Positions 62,566 through 64,000 of a stretch of DNA of 64,000 bases are shown here, piece after piece (the first letter of the stretch is position 1; the number at the start of each line of letters is the position of its first letter). Where the stretch lies: NCBI RefSeq assembly GCF_964355755.1, contig NC_092679.1, forward strand, positions 4,246,201 through 4,310,200. Direction: 5' to 3'. The notes beneath the pieces are model-generated. The model searched no databases. It was not told where the DNA came from and worked only from the letters and a program-made list of their open reading frames with translations. This stretch comes from Antedon mediterranea. Its lineage: Eukaryota; Animalia; Echinodermata. Position numbers and translations under genes: made by a program.

Positions 62566-63333
62566 TAAAAGAATGCAAGTTATTTTTAAAATTATGATTT
62601 ATCGGTTGGTCTTTTTTTGCAGATCATTTTTTTTTTATGATATTTAATGTTAGGTTCGTTTGACAGCTTTCTGGCAGGCTATCATTTACTTTTGATAATA
62701 TGCAGGTAGGATGAACATCAACAACATTCTACAAGGTCTTTTTAAAGTTGTATTCCAATTAATAATAAGTTGCTTTCAGTTTTGAGACAACCTACCTAGG
62801 AAAAGTTATGTCAATTCTTGGGAAGGGACAGGACGTACATGCTTCATCCTTTTAATCCTCAACACAATTTTGGTGGTTTCTAGGTCCACATGACCAATCA
62901 TTGTCGTTTTATTGGGGTTTTTTTAAACAAAAGTTTTTTTATTTTTATTCTGGCCTAAAATGTTTAAAGTATATATATTTTTGTCTTTAATCATTAATGC
63001 ATTTGACATTTAAAGGCTGTTTTTTAAATATTTTTTTTTATAATATTCAAATCCTGAAGTACAATATGTCTTTGTATGTCTCTAATGTTAACAAGATTTA
63101 TTTCAAATTACTAAAATGATTTCAGCCTATACTAATTTTCTTTAAGATTTTAAAATTTGTAATCGGATGTCGCCTACAAAATTGTTTTGGTTTTATATGA
63201 CCACCAACAGATCACTGTTGAAATTTGTTAGACTGTATTTACTGGAAATACATGTTGAGTTTTGCTACATATATTTAATTATTCAAATTTTATTGTCAAT
63301 CTTTGAATTGAATTTGAATATTTATTGTTTCAG

Positions 63334-63432
63334 GTGGTGGAGAAGGGTAGCGATGAGTTTGAAATGATTGAAACGTACGTGGAAAACACTCACGCCAAAA
63401 CGCACAGAAGTTACTCTCTAAAGGTTCTTGAG
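63334..63432 (+). CDS. PARP1: PARP1 exon: catalytic (ART) domain start, probable GC donor
   Basis: tttcag acceptor. VVEKGSDEFEMIETYVENTHAKTHRSYSLKVLE aligns with vertebrate [33 protein letters not shown]; followed by gcaagt. Confidence 0.92.
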
Positions 63433-64000
63433 GCAAGTCGGTCAGATTTTAAAGAAAACTATCATTTTATTTAATTGTGTTCAGAAAAATGTAGTTTTGA
63501 TACCAAAAGATTTACTATTTAGATTTTTTTTATATATTTCTACCTTCTGTTGCTAAGCTCATATTTGTTAAATGTTGCAGAGGCTCCTAAAGATTAAGGC
63601 TGCGCCTTGTGAGAAGCCTCTGAGTGAAATATTGAATAAAAAAAGAAATTTAGAAATGATTGTTATTAGCCAAGTGTACATACAATCCTGTCAGTAAACA
63701 TCTAAAAGTTTGTTTATTGACATTTTATTGAAACTTGACATATTAAATTTTATAAAAGTGTATAGCCTTATTTTTTTTTTTTTTATCAAAATAAAGTTTC
63801 ACTTTTAATATGTCACATTTCCATAAAAATGTCAAAAAGCTTTTACTTCTGGTTGGAATTTTGATGTTTTTAAGCCTGAATAAATGAACATAAATAAATT
63901 CTTTGCCTGAAAATACCAGTACTGTACTATATATTGATTTTTGTGACTGTTAATTAGTTTTGCCGCAATTTTATATTTTTGTATCTACATCAAAAACCAC

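Overview
AT-rich animal genomic DNA, probably a marine invertebrate (taxon is inference). The + strand carries 16 internal exons of a PARP1 gene, read manually from zinc finger 2 through NLS, zinc finger 3/PADR1, BRCT, WGR, the helical domain and the start of the catalytic domain; both gene ends lie outside the window. Three class A GPCR genes, each with an uninterrupted 7TM ORF, are nested antisense in the two largest introns (14.8 kb and 26.6 kb). The introns are packed with MITEs, SINEs, LINE 3' ends and minisatellites. The most unusual structure is a composite insertion at about 3050-4890 in a (TA)n tract. It holds a 5'-truncated Penelope-like element (GIY-YIG plus minimal hammerhead ribozyme), then a tandem array of 364-bp units each containing a complete tRNA cloverleaf with an ATC anticodon and sharing motifs with the Penelope tail, and it ends in a 42-bp copy of the neighbouring PARP1 exon. 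All coordinates were read by eye and no database searches were run.
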